Assembly (NCBI RefSeq): GCF_006345805.1
Contig: NC_043019.1
Coordinates: 14,135,360 to 14,199,359 of the forward strand
Direction of reading: 5' to 3'
DNA from: Octopus sinensis
Lineage: Eukaryota
Length of the DNA: 64,000 bases
Shown here piece after piece: positions 63,439 to 64,000 of the stretch. The notes beneath the pieces were generated by a model that had not been told where the DNA came from, ran no database searches, and saw only the letters and a list, made by a program, of their open reading frames with translations. Both the position numbers and the translations under genes were made by a program. Within the stretch, counting starts at the first letter, position 1, and every line of letters starts with the position of its first letter.

Positions 63439-64000
63439 TAAACCATCAATATGATGATGATGATGGTGTTCACTCGTATGTTTTGCTTGTGAAAACCATA
63501 CTAGATAAACTTCTCTTGTATGCTGAGAAGAGATTGTCTGCAATTTCTCCAAGAATGGCATATTTACTTCGAATAAAAAAAATATCTATGTACTTTCTAT
63601 TAAGTTCTCTTAAGTTTATATGTAACGTTGCATCAATGATGCTGATGATATAAATATTGTAGTTTGCTGCATCCGTCATTGAAGCTGATATTCAACCTGT
63701 TCACCATATGGTGTAATTATAATCCAAACTTGAGAGGCTGGGCCTAATAATCGGCAGCTGGCTATCATTAGAATTTTATTGTCAGCAATCTGCTATTTTC
63801 TTCCGGTGGTCATCTCTGCAACTGGTAGTTTACTCTTTAACCAGTGGTTAGGAATGGTTCTGTGGTATTCTTTGGTTTTTGTTCGATCGATGGACTTTTT
63901 TTGAGTTGGATGTATATTATTAGATGGACGGAATTTGGTTGGAACGTCTTACTTGAGAAAGAACTATTGGTAAGGAGAGAGAGAGAGAGAAAGAGACAGA

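Noticed and set aside
63465-63960. Possible CR1/L2 3' remnant on the minus strand
   Set aside because: Only vague similarity across several frames; too weak to call without a search.

Overview
This is a eukaryotic, AT-rich, repeat-saturated window with no recognisable host protein-coding exon, so it is probably intronic or intergenic. The repeat families and the abundance of (TA/TG)n, (TATC)n and (CAT)n tracts resemble octopus (coleoid cephalopod) genomes; this is inferred from recall, not from a search. Most long ORFs in the track are microsatellite artefacts. Real protein remnants are all transposon-derived: several RTE-type LINE 3' ends (one young, stop-free and TSD-flanked), two restriction-like-endonuclease LINE fragments (HERO-like and R4/Dong-like), and a mariner HTH in an internally deleted element with intact TIRs. 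There are dozens of tRNA-derived SINEs in at least four families (called SINE-A, SINE-B/B2, V-type and others here), hAT-, piggyBac- and Tc1/pogo-like MITEs, and three Helentron/HINE-like elements. Four observations stand out. (1) SINE-B forms head-to-tail multimers at five loci with one invariant palindromic junction; the four complete arrays each sit inside a single TSD pair. (2) There are minimal hammerhead-ribozyme-like motifs from three Penelope-like repeat families. (3) SINE parts have seeded local minisatellites. (4) An inverted SINE pair shares private variants. All family assignments come from motif recognition by eye; many boundaries are approximate (about 10-20 bp) unless TSDs or TIRs are quoted.
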